Shown here one piece after another: positions 35,984 through 44,709 of a stretch of DNA of 64,000 nucleotides. The stretch is from Verrucomicrobiota bacterium (GTDB lineage: Bacteria > Verrucomicrobiota > Verrucomicrobiia > Limisphaerales > UBA11358). Both the position numbers and the translations under genes were made by a program. Where the stretch lies: NCBI GenBank assembly GCA_049523455.1, contig JBEKMW010000006.1:5731-69730 (forward strand), written 5' to 3'. Under the pieces are notes generated by a model. The model made no database searches. It saw only the letters and a program-made list of their open reading frames with translations, and was not told the origin of the DNA. How positions within the stretch are numbered: position 1 is the first letter of the stretch; the number at the start of each line of letters is the position of its first letter.

Positions 35984-36568
35984 ATGGCCAATAAACTTTT
36001 GGCGGCTCTGAACGATACCACTTTGTTCCTGCAGGAATGGTTTGCCAATCCGCAGCGAACCGGCGCGGTGGCGCCCAGTTCACCCAAGCTGGCGGCCGCC
36101 ATGGCGCGGTGGCTGCCGTCGGACCCCGAAAGCTACGTGCTCGAACTGGGTCCCGGCACCGGCGCCGTCACCCAGGCCCTGCTGGGACGCGGCTTGCGTG
36201 AAGAACGGCTGGTAGCCATTGAGCATAATCCGAAACTGGCGGGCCTGCTGCGCAAGAGGTTTCCCAGCGCAGAAATCATTACCGGCGACGCCTGGCAAAT
36301 GGATGAATTGCTCCGCGACCGGCCCGAACCGATTGATTCGGTGGGCGCCGTCATTTCCAGCCTGCCGTTGTTGAATTTTCCTCCCGCGCAGGCTGATGCC
36401 CTGGCCGGGAAGATCCGCGCCATCCTCACGTGCGGCGGCAAGTGGGTGCAATACAGCTATCACCTGGGCATCCGGCGGCAAAAGTGCGCCGCTAGTTTCC
36501 GGCATCTCGCCTCCAAGATCGTCTGGCTCAACCTTCCGCCCGCGCGTGTGAACGTTTATCAGAAGTAG
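35984..36568 (+). CDS. PmtA-like class I SAM-dependent methyltransferase (phospholipid N-methyltransferase family, COG3963-like)
   Basis: ORF 35873..36568; the ATG is at 35984. FLQEWFANPQRTGAVAPSSPKLAAAMARWL...YVLELGPGTGAVTQALLGRGLREERLVAIEHNPKLAGLLRKRFP matches the PmtA-type pattern. Confidence 0.65.
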   Translation: MANKLLAALNDTTLFLQEWFANPQRTGAVAPSSPKLAAAMARWLPSDPESYVLELGPGTGAVTQALLGRGLREERLVAIEHNPKLAGLLRKRFPSAEIITGDAWQMDELLRDRPEPIDSVGAVISSLPLLNFPPAQADALAGKIRAILTCGGKWVQYSYHLGIRRQKCAASFRHLASKIVWLNLPPARVNVYQK

Positions 36569-37123
36569 CGGCAGGCATCCCTGCCTGCCGTAGAGCCGGG
36601 CTTCCCAGCCCGGCGGGAAATTCGTGCGCCAGCCAAGTGACGTCACAATTCTCCAACCATCTCCCGCTATTCATCGTTTTTCCGGGCGGCAGGGATGCCG
36701 CCCTCTACGGCAGCCAAGATGGCTGCCGCCACATTTTAGACACGCTCCAAGGCTGGTCAGAGGCATCTCACGTGGTCTCCTGCGTCATTAATGCGGTGCC
36801 TGAACGCTCCAGCCCAACTGTAGGAGACGAGGTAACGAGTCTCTGTCTTGCGTTGAAATCATCCCGCTTTTTGCATCTGGTTCAACTGGTCAGCGAAGCT
36901 TTGCCTTGAGCTATTGCTCACTCTGCTGCTCGAACCTCTTGAGTTGGTTCACGAGATTTTGTATCTGGCGGTTGGAGGGGTCCAATTTGGCACAAGTCTG
37001 CGCTACGGTGATGGCGTCGTCGAAATAGGGCATGGCTTGTTCGACATACCGCCGAAAGTTGGCTCAACCAAGCCGCCGTTTGGGATGAATTTTCAATTTG
37101 GAATTTAAATGGGAAATCCCGGG

Positions 37124-38146
37124 TTAAACCGTTGCGTTTCCCGCCACGGCACGCATTTTGTTCAGTTCGTCTTTGGCCGCGGATGGGGACTCTCCGTGGG
37201 GACTCTCCGTGCCCGAGATCACCTGCTTGAGGTCCTCGCCCAAGATCGATGGACACCAGTTGGCCTCGATGAACTCGACGACCAGTTCGGTGCCGCGCGC
37301 ATGGCTGACGAACGGCCGTTGGCGCGGATCGTACATCGCGTCGACCAGATCCCGCGCCACCACCACGTGGAAGCCGAGGCGAGTCATCTCGCGGCATCCG
37401 AAGGCGCGGTTCATGATACAAATGTTGGCGTGGACGCCCATGAGGACGATATTGGTGATGCCTTCCTGCTTGCAGAAGTTGTAGATTTCCTGGCCGCTGT
37501 CGCTGATGCCGTCATAACCGACGATCTGAATGGCCGGGTGCTCGCGCTCCCAGGGATAATTGCCTCGTGTAGTAGGCGGCGCGGGACCCGTCCATCTCCT
37601 TGGGACCGGGTCATCACAGCCGTCGGCTATCGGAAAGTTGCGCGCCTCGTCCGGGGTTCTGTCGGTCGCCCGTACCGGGATGGGTGAGGGAGCCATCGGC
37701 GCCTGCTGCATTCTACGCCGCCAGGGTGTTCCCTCGTAGTATTTCATCGTGTCACTGGGGGCGTGAATGATCATCACACCCAGGCTTCGGGCGGCGCTGA
37801 CGACCTGGTTCATCACTGGCGCCATGGCGGCCACACGCTGCGCCGCACAAAGGCAGGTGTGCGTGTCCCACATATCGACGATGATGATGGCTGTGTTGGC
37901 TACATCCCAGCGCAGCGCCTCTTCGTACACTCGGATCTTACCGCTGCCGGGCGGGCGCTCCTCGCGCCGGCGCGCCCGCAGGTGGAGCGTTCCGGGGACT
38001 TTGGGCCGATTTGGCAGCGATTCGCGGTCCGGTTCCACGGCATCCGCCATTGCCACCGGTGCATCCGCCATTGCCACCGGTTCCACGGCATCCGCCATTG
38101 CCGCCCCGAGGGCCGCAGACAGAACGAGAAAAGATCGTCGGTTCAT
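37124..38146 (-). CDS. isochorismatase-family cysteine hydrolase with a signal peptide
   Basis: The ATG at 38146 gives MNRRSFLVLSAALGAAMA. The isochorismatase core shows AIIIVDMWDTH (Asp) and IVLMGVHANICIMNRA (Cys). A long insertion splits the core. Confidence 0.7.
   Translation of the reverse strand: MNRRSFLVLSAALGAAMADAVEPVAMADAPVAMADAVEPDRESLPNRPKVPGTLHLRARRREERPPGSGKIRVYEEALRWDVANTAIIIVDMWDTHTCLCAAQRVAAMAPVMNQVVSAARSLGVMIIHAPSDTMKYYEGTPWRRRMQQAPMAPSPIPVRATDRTPDEARNFPIADGCDDPVPRRWTGPAPPTTRGNYPWEREHPAIQIVGYDGISDSGQEIYNFCKQEGITNIVLMGVHANICIMNRAFGCREMTRLGFHVVVARDLVDAMYDPRQRPFVSHARGTELVVEFIEANWCPSILGEDLKQVISGTESPHGESPSAAKDELNKMRAVAGNATV
38031..38102. repeat. in-frame tandem repeat inside the signal/linker region of the hydrolase gene
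   Basis: GCATCCGCCATTGCC occurs three times with GGTTCCAC/ACCGGT linkers, encoding AMADAVEPVAMADAPVAMADAVEP. Confidence 0.85.
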
Positions 38147-38299
38147 AAAGTGTTTGACCCAGGCCCGCCTGTTGAGCGCTGCGCAGGTGAGGGAGAATTG
38201 CATTTCGCTATCGCGCTCATTTGTCACCCATGTTTCTCAACATTGGCGATCCGGCGGAGGGTTGTCAATATCCGGTTTGCGAAAAATGGCGAAAATCGG

Positions 38300-38506
38300 C
38301 TAAGCGCTTTCACTCAATACCATGGCCGCCATAATGGCGCCATGCTCCGTGCAGGCATATGGCAGGCTTTTGGCGAATTTCAACCCGGACAGGTGATCAC
38401 AATTTGTGATCACCTCCAATTTCTCCCCGGAATTAAGCTGGAAAATAAAGTCCTCAGGGAAACGTTCGGCGTTGCGTTTCACGGCTTCAGCCGGCCTTGG
38501 GAGCAA
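38300..38506 (-). pseudogene. ORF6N/KilA-N-like domain remnant (phage-associated DNA-binding domain), N-terminally truncated
   Basis: AVKRNAERFPEDFIFQL...SLPYACTEHGAIMAAMVLSESA matches the central and C-terminal part of ORF6N domains. There is only a TTG start and the N-terminal half is missing. A C8 homopolymer lies just upstream at 38511-38518. Confidence 0.5.
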
Positions 38507-38640
38507 GCCGCCCCCCCCGCCCTGGCCGCCGGCTCGGATCGCTCACGTTCATCGGCCGACGTTGGTAATGGGTAATCAGCGGGTGAAAATCATCGCGCTG
38601 AAAGCGCCAGGCTATCGTCGCTGATGGGCGTTGCCCTCGG

Positions 38641-39879
38641 CTACGATGGTTCAGGCCTTTGGCCTGTGAAATTACGCGGGTTGGACTTGGGCAGCAGAAA
38701 ACAAAGGGCGGCGGCGGTGAGCAGGCCCACACCTAACACACTGAAAGGGACGGTGATACCGTGGGTGCGCGTCTTTAACTCGCCGACGATGGAGGGGCCA
38801 AGGTAACCGCCCACGTTGCCCACCGCGTTCACCAGGCCAAAGACCGCGCCGAGAGCGGCGCGCGGTATGGTTTCCGCCGGGATGGCGAAAAAGGGCGCCA
38901 GCCCGGCAAAGGGACCTGGAATGGCCAGGCACAGGCACACATAGGAGAGCCAGAAGTACTTTTCGCGCAACAGCACGGCGGCGATGAGCGCCACGCCGCT
39001 CATGGCATAAACGAAGGCGGCGTGCCCGCGCCGTTCGCCCGTCCGGTCGGAGCGGCGCGAGTTGAGCACCATCACGATGGCGGTGACCACGTACGGCAGG
39101 GCAAACAGCACGCCGGTTTGGAATCCGGTGAGACGAAGGCCGCCGTGTTGGAGGCCCTCGGTCAGGAACGTGTTGCAGCCGTAACCGGCGGAGTTGTAGA
39201 GAAAACAAATCGCCAGCATGAGGAGCACGGACGGATGCAACAGGATGCGCCCCAGCGAAACTTTCTCCGCGGGTTCGACTTCGGCGCATTCACGTTGCAG
39301 CGTGGTATCGAGGAACTCCCTTTCCCGGTGGGAAAGCCACCGGGCCTGGCGCGGATGGTCGCTGATGAAGTAAAGCCAGACCGGCAGCCAGACAAACGGG
39401 AGCGCGCCTTCGGCGATGAGCATCGTCTGCCAGCCCCAGTGCCCCAGCAACCAACCGGTGGCGGGCGCGGCCCCGGCCACGGCCAGCGGTTGGCAGAGGC
39501 ACCAAAAAGCGGTCGCCCGCGCGCGTTCCTGGCGGGGAAACCAATTGGCCAGCAGCACCAGCGTGGCCGGATATACCGCGCTCTCCGCCATGCCGAGCAA
39601 AATACGCATGACAAAGAACTGCTTGAAACTGGCGGCCAGTCCGCAACCGACCGCGCAGGCTCCCCACAGCGCCAGCGATATGGCAATCAGTTTTTTGGGG
39701 CTCCAGTGGCTGGCCAGATAGCCTCCGGGAATTTGCAACAGCGCGTAACCGACGAAAAAAATGCCCGCCGCCTGTCCCTTCAAGCGGTCGTCCATCGTCA
39801 GGTCCTTCATCATGGAGGAAATGCGCGGGTCCAGCGCCAGGGCCACGTTGGTGCGGTCCACGTAGGAAATCGTGTACAT
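38641..39879 (-). CDS. MFS transporter (anion:cation symporter ACS-like)
   Basis: 412 aa. YVDRTNVALA, GYALLQIPGGYLASHWSPKK and 11-12 helices are present. The only canonical start falls inside the expected TM1. Confidence 0.85.
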   Translation of the reverse strand: MYTISYVDRTNVALALDPRISSMMKDLTMDDRLKGQAAGIFFVGYALLQIPGGYLASHWSPKKLIAISLALWGACAVGCGLAASFKQFFVMRILLGMAESAVYPATLVLLANWFPRQERARATAFWCLCQPLAVAGAAPATGWLLGHWGWQTMLIAEGALPFVWLPVWLYFISDHPRQARWLSHREREFLDTTLQRECAEVEPAEKVSLGRILLHPSVLLMLAICFLYNSAGYGCNTFLTEGLQHGGLRLTGFQTGVLFALPYVVTAIVMVLNSRRSDRTGERRGHAAFVYAMSGVALIAAVLLREKYFWLSYVCLCLAIPGPFAGLAPFFAIPAETIPRAALGAVFGLVNAVGNVGGYLGPSIVGELKTRTHGITVPFSVLGVGLLTAAALCFLLPKSNPRNFTGQRPEPS

Positions 39880-40044
39880 GACCAGCGCGACGGGGATGAG
39901 GCGCAGCCAGCGTTGATGGTCGGACTGGTTCAGGCCCGCGTTGTTAGCAAAAGGAGGCGGCGTACTTCAAGGCTCTTTTATTATTTATTCACCGCTTGAC
40001 CTTTTGCCGCCAAGCGGGTTTACTGTGTGGCGTTAGGCAAATTC

Positions 40045-41073
40045 ATGTTTGCGCAGCTTAAAGGCCTGTTTTCTAACGATATCGGGATTGACCTGGGCAC
40101 AGCCAATTCTCTCGTGTACGTACGAGACCGTGGCATTGTGCTTCGGGAACCCTCCGTCGTAGCCATTCAGGCCGGTACCACTCACGTGCTCGCCGTCGGC
40201 GAGGAAGCCAAACGCATGCTCGGCCGCACGCCCGGCAACATCGTGGCCATCCGCCCGATGAAGGACGGTGTGATCGCCGACTTCGAAATCACCGAGGCCA
40301 TGCTTCGCCACTTCATTCAAAAAGTTCAACATCGCAAGTTGATTGCGCCACGCGTCGTGGTGGCCGTGCCTTCGGGCATTACCGAAGTGGAAAAGCGGGC
40401 GGTGAAGGACTCGGCCATTCACGCCGGGGCACGGGACGTGATTCTGATTGACCAGCCCATGGCTTCGGCCATTGGCGTGGGACTGCCGGTGCATGAACCG
40501 GCGGGCAACATGATCGTGGACATCGGCGGCGGGACCTGCGAAATCGCAATCATCTCCCTGGCCGGCATCGTCTTCAGCCGCAGCCTGCGGGTGGGCGGAG
40601 ACGAATTCGATGAGACGATCGTCGCACACATGAAACGCGCCTATAACTTGATGATAGGTGAACGCACTGCGGAAGAAATTAAAATTCGCATCGGCTCCGC
40701 ATTTCCTTTGGAACAGGAATTGACCATGGACGTAAAAGGGCGCGACCTGAGTACCGGGTTGCCCAAGACCCTGACCATTCGCTCCGAGGAAGTCCGCGAA
40801 GCCCTCCAGGAACCGCTTTCGAGCATTTTGGAATCGGTCCGGCTCACGCTGGAACGCTGCCCGCCCGAACTGGCTGCCGACCTCGTGGACCGCGGCCTGG
40901 TGATGGCCGGCGGCGGCTCACTCTTGCGCGGCATAGACCGGCTGGTGGCCGAGGAAACCGGCCTGCCGGTCCACGTGGCCGACGACCCCATGAGCGCCGT
41001 CGCCGAGGGCACCGGCCGCGTCCTGCAGGAGATTGAATTTGTCCGGCGGCTCGCCGGCAACTCGAAGTCTTGA
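40045..41073 (+). CDS. mreB: rod shape-determining protein MreB
   Basis: MFAQLKGLFSNDIGIDLGTANSLVYV... is a full-length actin-like MreB. Confidence 0.95.
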   Translation: MFAQLKGLFSNDIGIDLGTANSLVYVRDRGIVLREPSVVAIQAGTTHVLAVGEEAKRMLGRTPGNIVAIRPMKDGVIADFEITEAMLRHFIQKVQHRKLIAPRVVVAVPSGITEVEKRAVKDSAIHAGARDVILIDQPMASAIGVGLPVHEPAGNMIVDIGGGTCEIAIISLAGIVFSRSLRVGGDEFDETIVAHMKRAYNLMIGERTAEEIKIRIGSAFPLEQELTMDVKGRDLSTGLPKTLTIRSEEVREALQEPLSSILESVRLTLERCPPELAADLVDRGLVMAGGGSLLRGIDRLVAEETGLPVHVADDPMSAVAEGTGRVLQEIEFVRRLAGNSKS

Positions 41074-41115
41074 TTTTCCGCGCGTTCGCCTGAACCCGAT
41101 TTGCTTCGGGCAGGC

Positions 41116-41922
41116 ATGTTGAAACGAAAACATTACGTTGCGCTCGGCGCGGTGACATTGGCAACCCTGCTGGTTCTCAGCCTGCCGTCGCGCGCCACTC
41201 TCCGGCTTAAACTTGCCATCGGCAGCCTGTTTTTACCCCTCTTTGGACTGGCCGGGACTGCCCAGCAATTGCCCATCACGGCCGCCGACGCCATCACGCC
41301 CCGCCGCGAACTGCTGCGCCAACTGGAGCAGCTTCGCCGCCAAAACGAGCAGGACCAGGTGCTGGCGCTGCAATACGCCGCCATTTCACGGGAAAACGAC
41401 GAGTTGCGGGCGCTGGCCGGCTGGCAGCGGCAGGCGCCGTGGAAGTTAAAGCTGGCCAGCGTCGTCATGCGCGACCCCGCCAACTGGTGGCGCATGGTGC
41501 AGATTGACCTCGGCAGTCGGGATGGCGTGCGCGAGAACCTGCCGGTGCTGACCGCCGAGGGATTGGTGGGCCGGGTCTCGTCCGTCAGTCTCACGCACGC
41601 GCAGGTGGTGTTGGTGGGCGATCCGGATTGCAAAGTGTCGGCGCTGGTCGAGGACCCGGCGGGCGACATAGGCATTGTCAACCCCGGCGGCTCGCAGGAC
41701 AGTTCGTTCGTCGAACTTGCTTACCTTTCCGGCAGTGCGGCGTTGAAGCCCGGCCAGAATGTCGTCACCAGCGGCCTCGGCGGCATTTATCCGAAAGGCA
41801 TTCCCATCGGCCAGGTGGCGGAGGATGCCCGGCCGGTCGAGTTCGGGCTTTACTCCGAGGCCCGGGTGAAACTGGCGGTGAACCTGGGCGCGCTGGACCA
41901 GGTGTGGGTTTTGTTTCCGTGA
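41116..41922 (+). CDS. mreC: rod shape-determining protein MreC
   Basis: It has a TM anchor, a coiled-coil (ELLRQLEQLRRQNEQ) and the MreC beta-domain (GLVGRVSSVSLTHAQVVLVGDPDCKVSA...VVTSGLGGIYPKGIPIG). Confidence 0.85.
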   Translation: MLKRKHYVALGAVTLATLLVLSLPSRATLRLKLAIGSLFLPLFGLAGTAQQLPITAADAITPRRELLRQLEQLRRQNEQDQVLALQYAAISRENDELRALAGWQRQAPWKLKLASVVMRDPANWWRMVQIDLGSRDGVRENLPVLTAEGLVGRVSSVSLTHAQVVLVGDPDCKVSALVEDPAGDIGIVNPGGSQDSSFVELAYLSGSAALKPGQNVVTSGLGGIYPKGIPIGQVAEDARPVEFGLYSEARVKLAVNLGALDQVWVLFP

Positions 41923-42476
41923 ATGCATTCAATACCATCTTGATCCTGGCAGCCGCGTTTCTGGCCGTGTTCGGCGAAGCGGCGCTGGGCGGCCCGCGCC
42001 AATGGCTGGGCGCGCAGGTGGATTTGCTCCCGGCCCTCATGGTCTATGCGGCCTTGAACGCAGATCTCATGACCGTTTCGCTCCTGGCTGTCCTGGGCGG
42101 ATTATGGTTCGACGCGCTGTCCGTCAATCCGCTGGGTGTGAGTATTTTGCCGCTGTTCGCCGTGGGCTATGGGATCTGGCTGCAACGGGAATTGCTGTTG
42201 CGCGAGGTGTCCTTTGCCCAGTTGTTCCTCGGCGCGGTGGCCAGCGCCCTCGCGCCGGCGTTGTCGGTGTTGCTGCTCTTGAGCCTGGGTTGCCAGCCGC
42301 TCTTGGGCTGGGGTTCGCTTTGGCAATGGGTCGTGCTTACCGCCGGCGGCGCGGTGGCCACGCCGATTATTTTCGCGCTGCTCGGCTGGTGCCGGCACGC
42401 CCTCGGCTATCAGCCGGAGGTCGAAACCAGTTTCCGCCCCGACCGCGAAATCCGGCGGGACCGGAATGTGAAATGA
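41919..42476 (+). CDS. mreD: rod shape-determining protein MreD
   Basis: The GTG at 41919 overlaps the mreC stop (GTGA). The protein is about 185 aa with 5 hydrophobic helices, and it sits in the expected position between mreC and mrdA. Confidence 0.7.
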   Translation: MNAFNTILILAAAFLAVFGEAALGGPRQWLGAQVDLLPALMVYAALNADLMTVSLLAVLGGLWFDALSVNPLGVSILPLFAVGYGIWLQRELLLREVSFAQLFLGAVASALAPALSVLLLLSLGCQPLLGWGSLWQWVVLTAGGAVATPIIFALLGWCRHALGYQPEVETSFRPDREIRRDRNVK

Positions 42477-42494
42477 AGCAAAAATGACTGATCA

Positions 42495-42612
42495 CCAAGA
42501 CCTAATGACTGGAGAATTTCAAATGACGAATGCCGAATGGAATGGCGGCCGGGTTTGCCATTCGTCATTCGGGCTTCGTCATTCTTTAGTCATTAGCGCT
42601 TCGTCATTCGCC
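42495..42612. repeat. word-built imperfect inverted repeat in the mreD-mrdA spacer
   Basis: GAATGACGAA / TAATGAC words lie on the left. Three direct copies of TTCGTCATTC (42561-42570, 42575-42584, 42600-42609) lie on the right. The central pair is AATGGC...GCCATT. Confidence 0.65.
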
Positions 42613-42626
42613 ATTTGTTTTTCGCC

Positions 42627-44621
42627 ATGTTAGTTTTTGACGAACTGAAAAAGAGCGACCCGCAACTGCGCCTCCTGGCGGTGGCGCTGGCGGCGGGACT
42701 GTTCATTCTGTTGGCCGGCCTGTGGTGGGTGCAGGTGGTTTCTGCGCGCGAATATCAGGGCCACCTCGAGACGCAATCCTATCGCACCGTGCGCCTGCCG
42801 GCCGTGCGCGGCAAAATCCTCGACCGTTATGGCCGCGTGCTCGCCGAAAACCGTCCGCGCTACAGCCTGGACCTTTACCTGGACGATCTGCGCGATCAGT
42901 TCAAAGCCGCGTCCACCTGGGAGCGTTCGCAGGCCACCAACGCCCAAGCCGGGCTCATCGCCGCGGAGGAGAAAAAACTCGGACGCCCGCTGACGAAGGC
43001 CGAGCGCAAGCAATACGAATTCACCGCCGCTCAAAAGGAACAATGGGCCGCCCAGGCGCACGCCCTCGTGGCCGACAGCGTGGCGGCGCAACTCGGAGAA
43101 CTGTTGGGCCAGCCGGTGCGGTTGGATGCCGCGGATTTCGAACGCAGTTACGAGAAACGCCTCGCCATGCCTTATCCCGTCCTCAAAAATCTCGACGAAG
43201 CGCAAATTGCGCGCTTCGAGGAAAACTACGGCGGCGGTCTGGGCGCCGATCTGGAGGTCCAATCGGTTCGCACCTATCCGCTCGGCACGACGGCCGGGCA
43301 TCTGCTGGGCAGCCTGCAATTCGACAACAGTTCGGAGGAAGGCGAGGACGCTTATTTTTCCTACCGGCTGCCGGACTATCGCGGCGTGGTGGGAATCGAA
43401 GGGGGCTTTGACACACTGTTGCGCGGCCGGGCCGGCGTGGAATCGGTGCTGGTCAACAATCTTGGCTACCGCCAGTCGGGAAAGGAAATCATTTTGGAAC
43501 CGCCCATGCCGGGCAACAACGTGGTCCTGACTATTGACCTGGACATCCAGCAGGCCGCCACCGAATCGCTCAAAACGCATCGGGGTGCGGACGCGCGGGC
43601 GGCGGTCGTGGTCATGGACGTGCGCACCGGCGACGTGCTGGCCATGGTTTCCTCGCCCGAACTCAATCCCGATTATCAGGCGAACGACCCGAAATTTTTG
43701 AGCGACCCGAAATTGAAGCCGGAAATCAACCGCGCCACGCAGGAAAATTACGCGCCCGGCTCGATTTTCAAACCCATCGTGGGCCTCGCCGCGCTTGAAG
43801 CCGGCTTGAATCCGGACGCGATTGTGGACAATCCGGGTTATGTCTATGTCGGCCGGCGGCACATCACGGATTTGGCGCCGCCCGGCCAATACAATTTCCG
43901 CCGTGCCATCATTGAGTCCTGTAATACTTATTTCGTCACCGTCGGCCTGCGCGCGGGAATCGAGAATATAGTTGGCATGGCCGGGAAATTTCATCTTGGC
44001 GAACGGACCGGCCTGAGGACCGGGCAGGAGACGACGGGTGTTTTTCCGGCGTTGAAGCAGGTGAGAAACGCTGACTGGCGTGATGGCGACTCGGCAAACA
44101 TTTGTATCGGGCAGGGCGAAATGGCCGTGACGCCGATGCAGATGGCCGTAGCCTATGCAGCCATCGCCAACGGAGGGACGGTTTTGAAGCCGCGGCTGGT
44201 GGAAAAAATTGAAGACCCTGTCAGCGGCGAAACGTTGACCAATTTCCCGTCCGGCCTCGTGCGCGATCACCTCGGTGTCAGGGCCCGCAACTTGAACCTG
44301 TTGCGCGACGCGATGCTGGCGGAGACCGTGGAAGGTACCGGGAAGCCCGCACAAGTGCCCGGGTTGCAGATTTGCGGGAAGACCGGCACGGCGCAGGTGA
44401 TGAACGCGCTCAATCAGGAGATTGACCGTACTACTTGGTTTGCCTCGTTTGCGCCCTATGAAAATCCCCACTACTCCGTCGTGGTCATGGTCGAAAGCGG
44501 CACTTTTGGCGGCCCGACGTGCGCCCCGATTGCGCACGACATTTACGAAGCGATTTTGCATTCCGAAAAGACGGCCACGGCGCAAGTGGCCACAGCAAAT
44601 AAACATGAAATAACAAACTGA
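42627..44621 (+). CDS. mrdA: penicillin-binding protein 2 (elongasome transpeptidase)
   Basis: It has an N-terminal TM and the motifs SxxK (PGSIFKP), SxN (ESCN) and KTGT (GKTGTAQ). Confidence 0.9.
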   Translation: MLVFDELKKSDPQLRLLAVALAAGLFILLAGLWWVQVVSAREYQGHLETQSYRTVRLPAVRGKILDRYGRVLAENRPRYSLDLYLDDLRDQFKAASTWERSQATNAQAGLIAAEEKKLGRPLTKAERKQYEFTAAQKEQWAAQAHALVADSVAAQLGELLGQPVRLDAADFERSYEKRLAMPYPVLKNLDEAQIARFEENYGGGLGADLEVQSVRTYPLGTTAGHLLGSLQFDNSSEEGEDAYFSYRLPDYRGVVGIEGGFDTLLRGRAGVESVLVNNLGYRQSGKEIILEPPMPGNNVVLTIDLDIQQAATESLKTHRGADARAAVVVMDVRTGDVLAMVSSPELNPDYQANDPKFLSDPKLKPEINRATQENYAPGSIFKPIVGLAALEAGLNPDAIVDNPGYVYVGRRHITDLAPPGQYNFRRAIIESCNTYFVTVGLRAGIENIVGMAGKFHLGERTGLRTGQETTGVFPALKQVRNADWRDGDSANICIGQGEMAVTPMQMAVAYAAIANGGTVLKPRLVEKIEDPVSGETLTNFPSGLVRDHLGVRARNLNLLRDAMLAETVEGTGKPAQVPGLQICGKTGTAQVMNALNQEIDRTTWFASFAPYENPHYSVVVMVESGTFGGPTCAPIAHDIYEAILHSEKTATAQVATANKHEITN

Positions 44622-44629
44622 AACTCCCC

Positions 44630-44704
44630 CTCGTTCTCGTCCTCCTCCTCGTCCTCGAATTTAAGTTTCGAGCACGAGGACGAGGACGAGGAGGAGGACG
44701 AAGG
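44630..44704. repeat. word-built hairpin, (CTCGTC/CTC)n versus (GAGGAC/GAG)n, in the mrdA-rodA spacer
   Basis: CTCGTTCTCGTCCTCCTCCTCGTCCTCG, loop AATTTAAGTTT, CGAGCACGAGGACGAGGACGAGGAGGAGGACGAAGG. At least 17 contiguous bp can pair in more than one register. Confidence 0.75.
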
Positions 44705-44709
44705 TAGCA

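Noticed and set aside
36905-37060. 41-51 codon minus-strand ORF ...AMPYFDDAITVAQTCAKLDPSNRQIQNLVNQLKRFEQQSEQ (TPR-like C-terminus)
   Set aside because: It is probably the tail of a destroyed TPR gene. An in-frame stop lies just upstream, and the other frames do not restore a longer protein. It is too short and isolated to call as a gene.
42630-44606. 658-aa minus-strand ORF opposite mrdA; also 45952..47847 opposite the RNase E/G gene and 10272..11480 opposite the O-antigen-ligase gene
   Set aside because: These are GC-driven antisense shadow ORFs that mirror well-supported genes. Their translations are low-complexity and Arg-rich.
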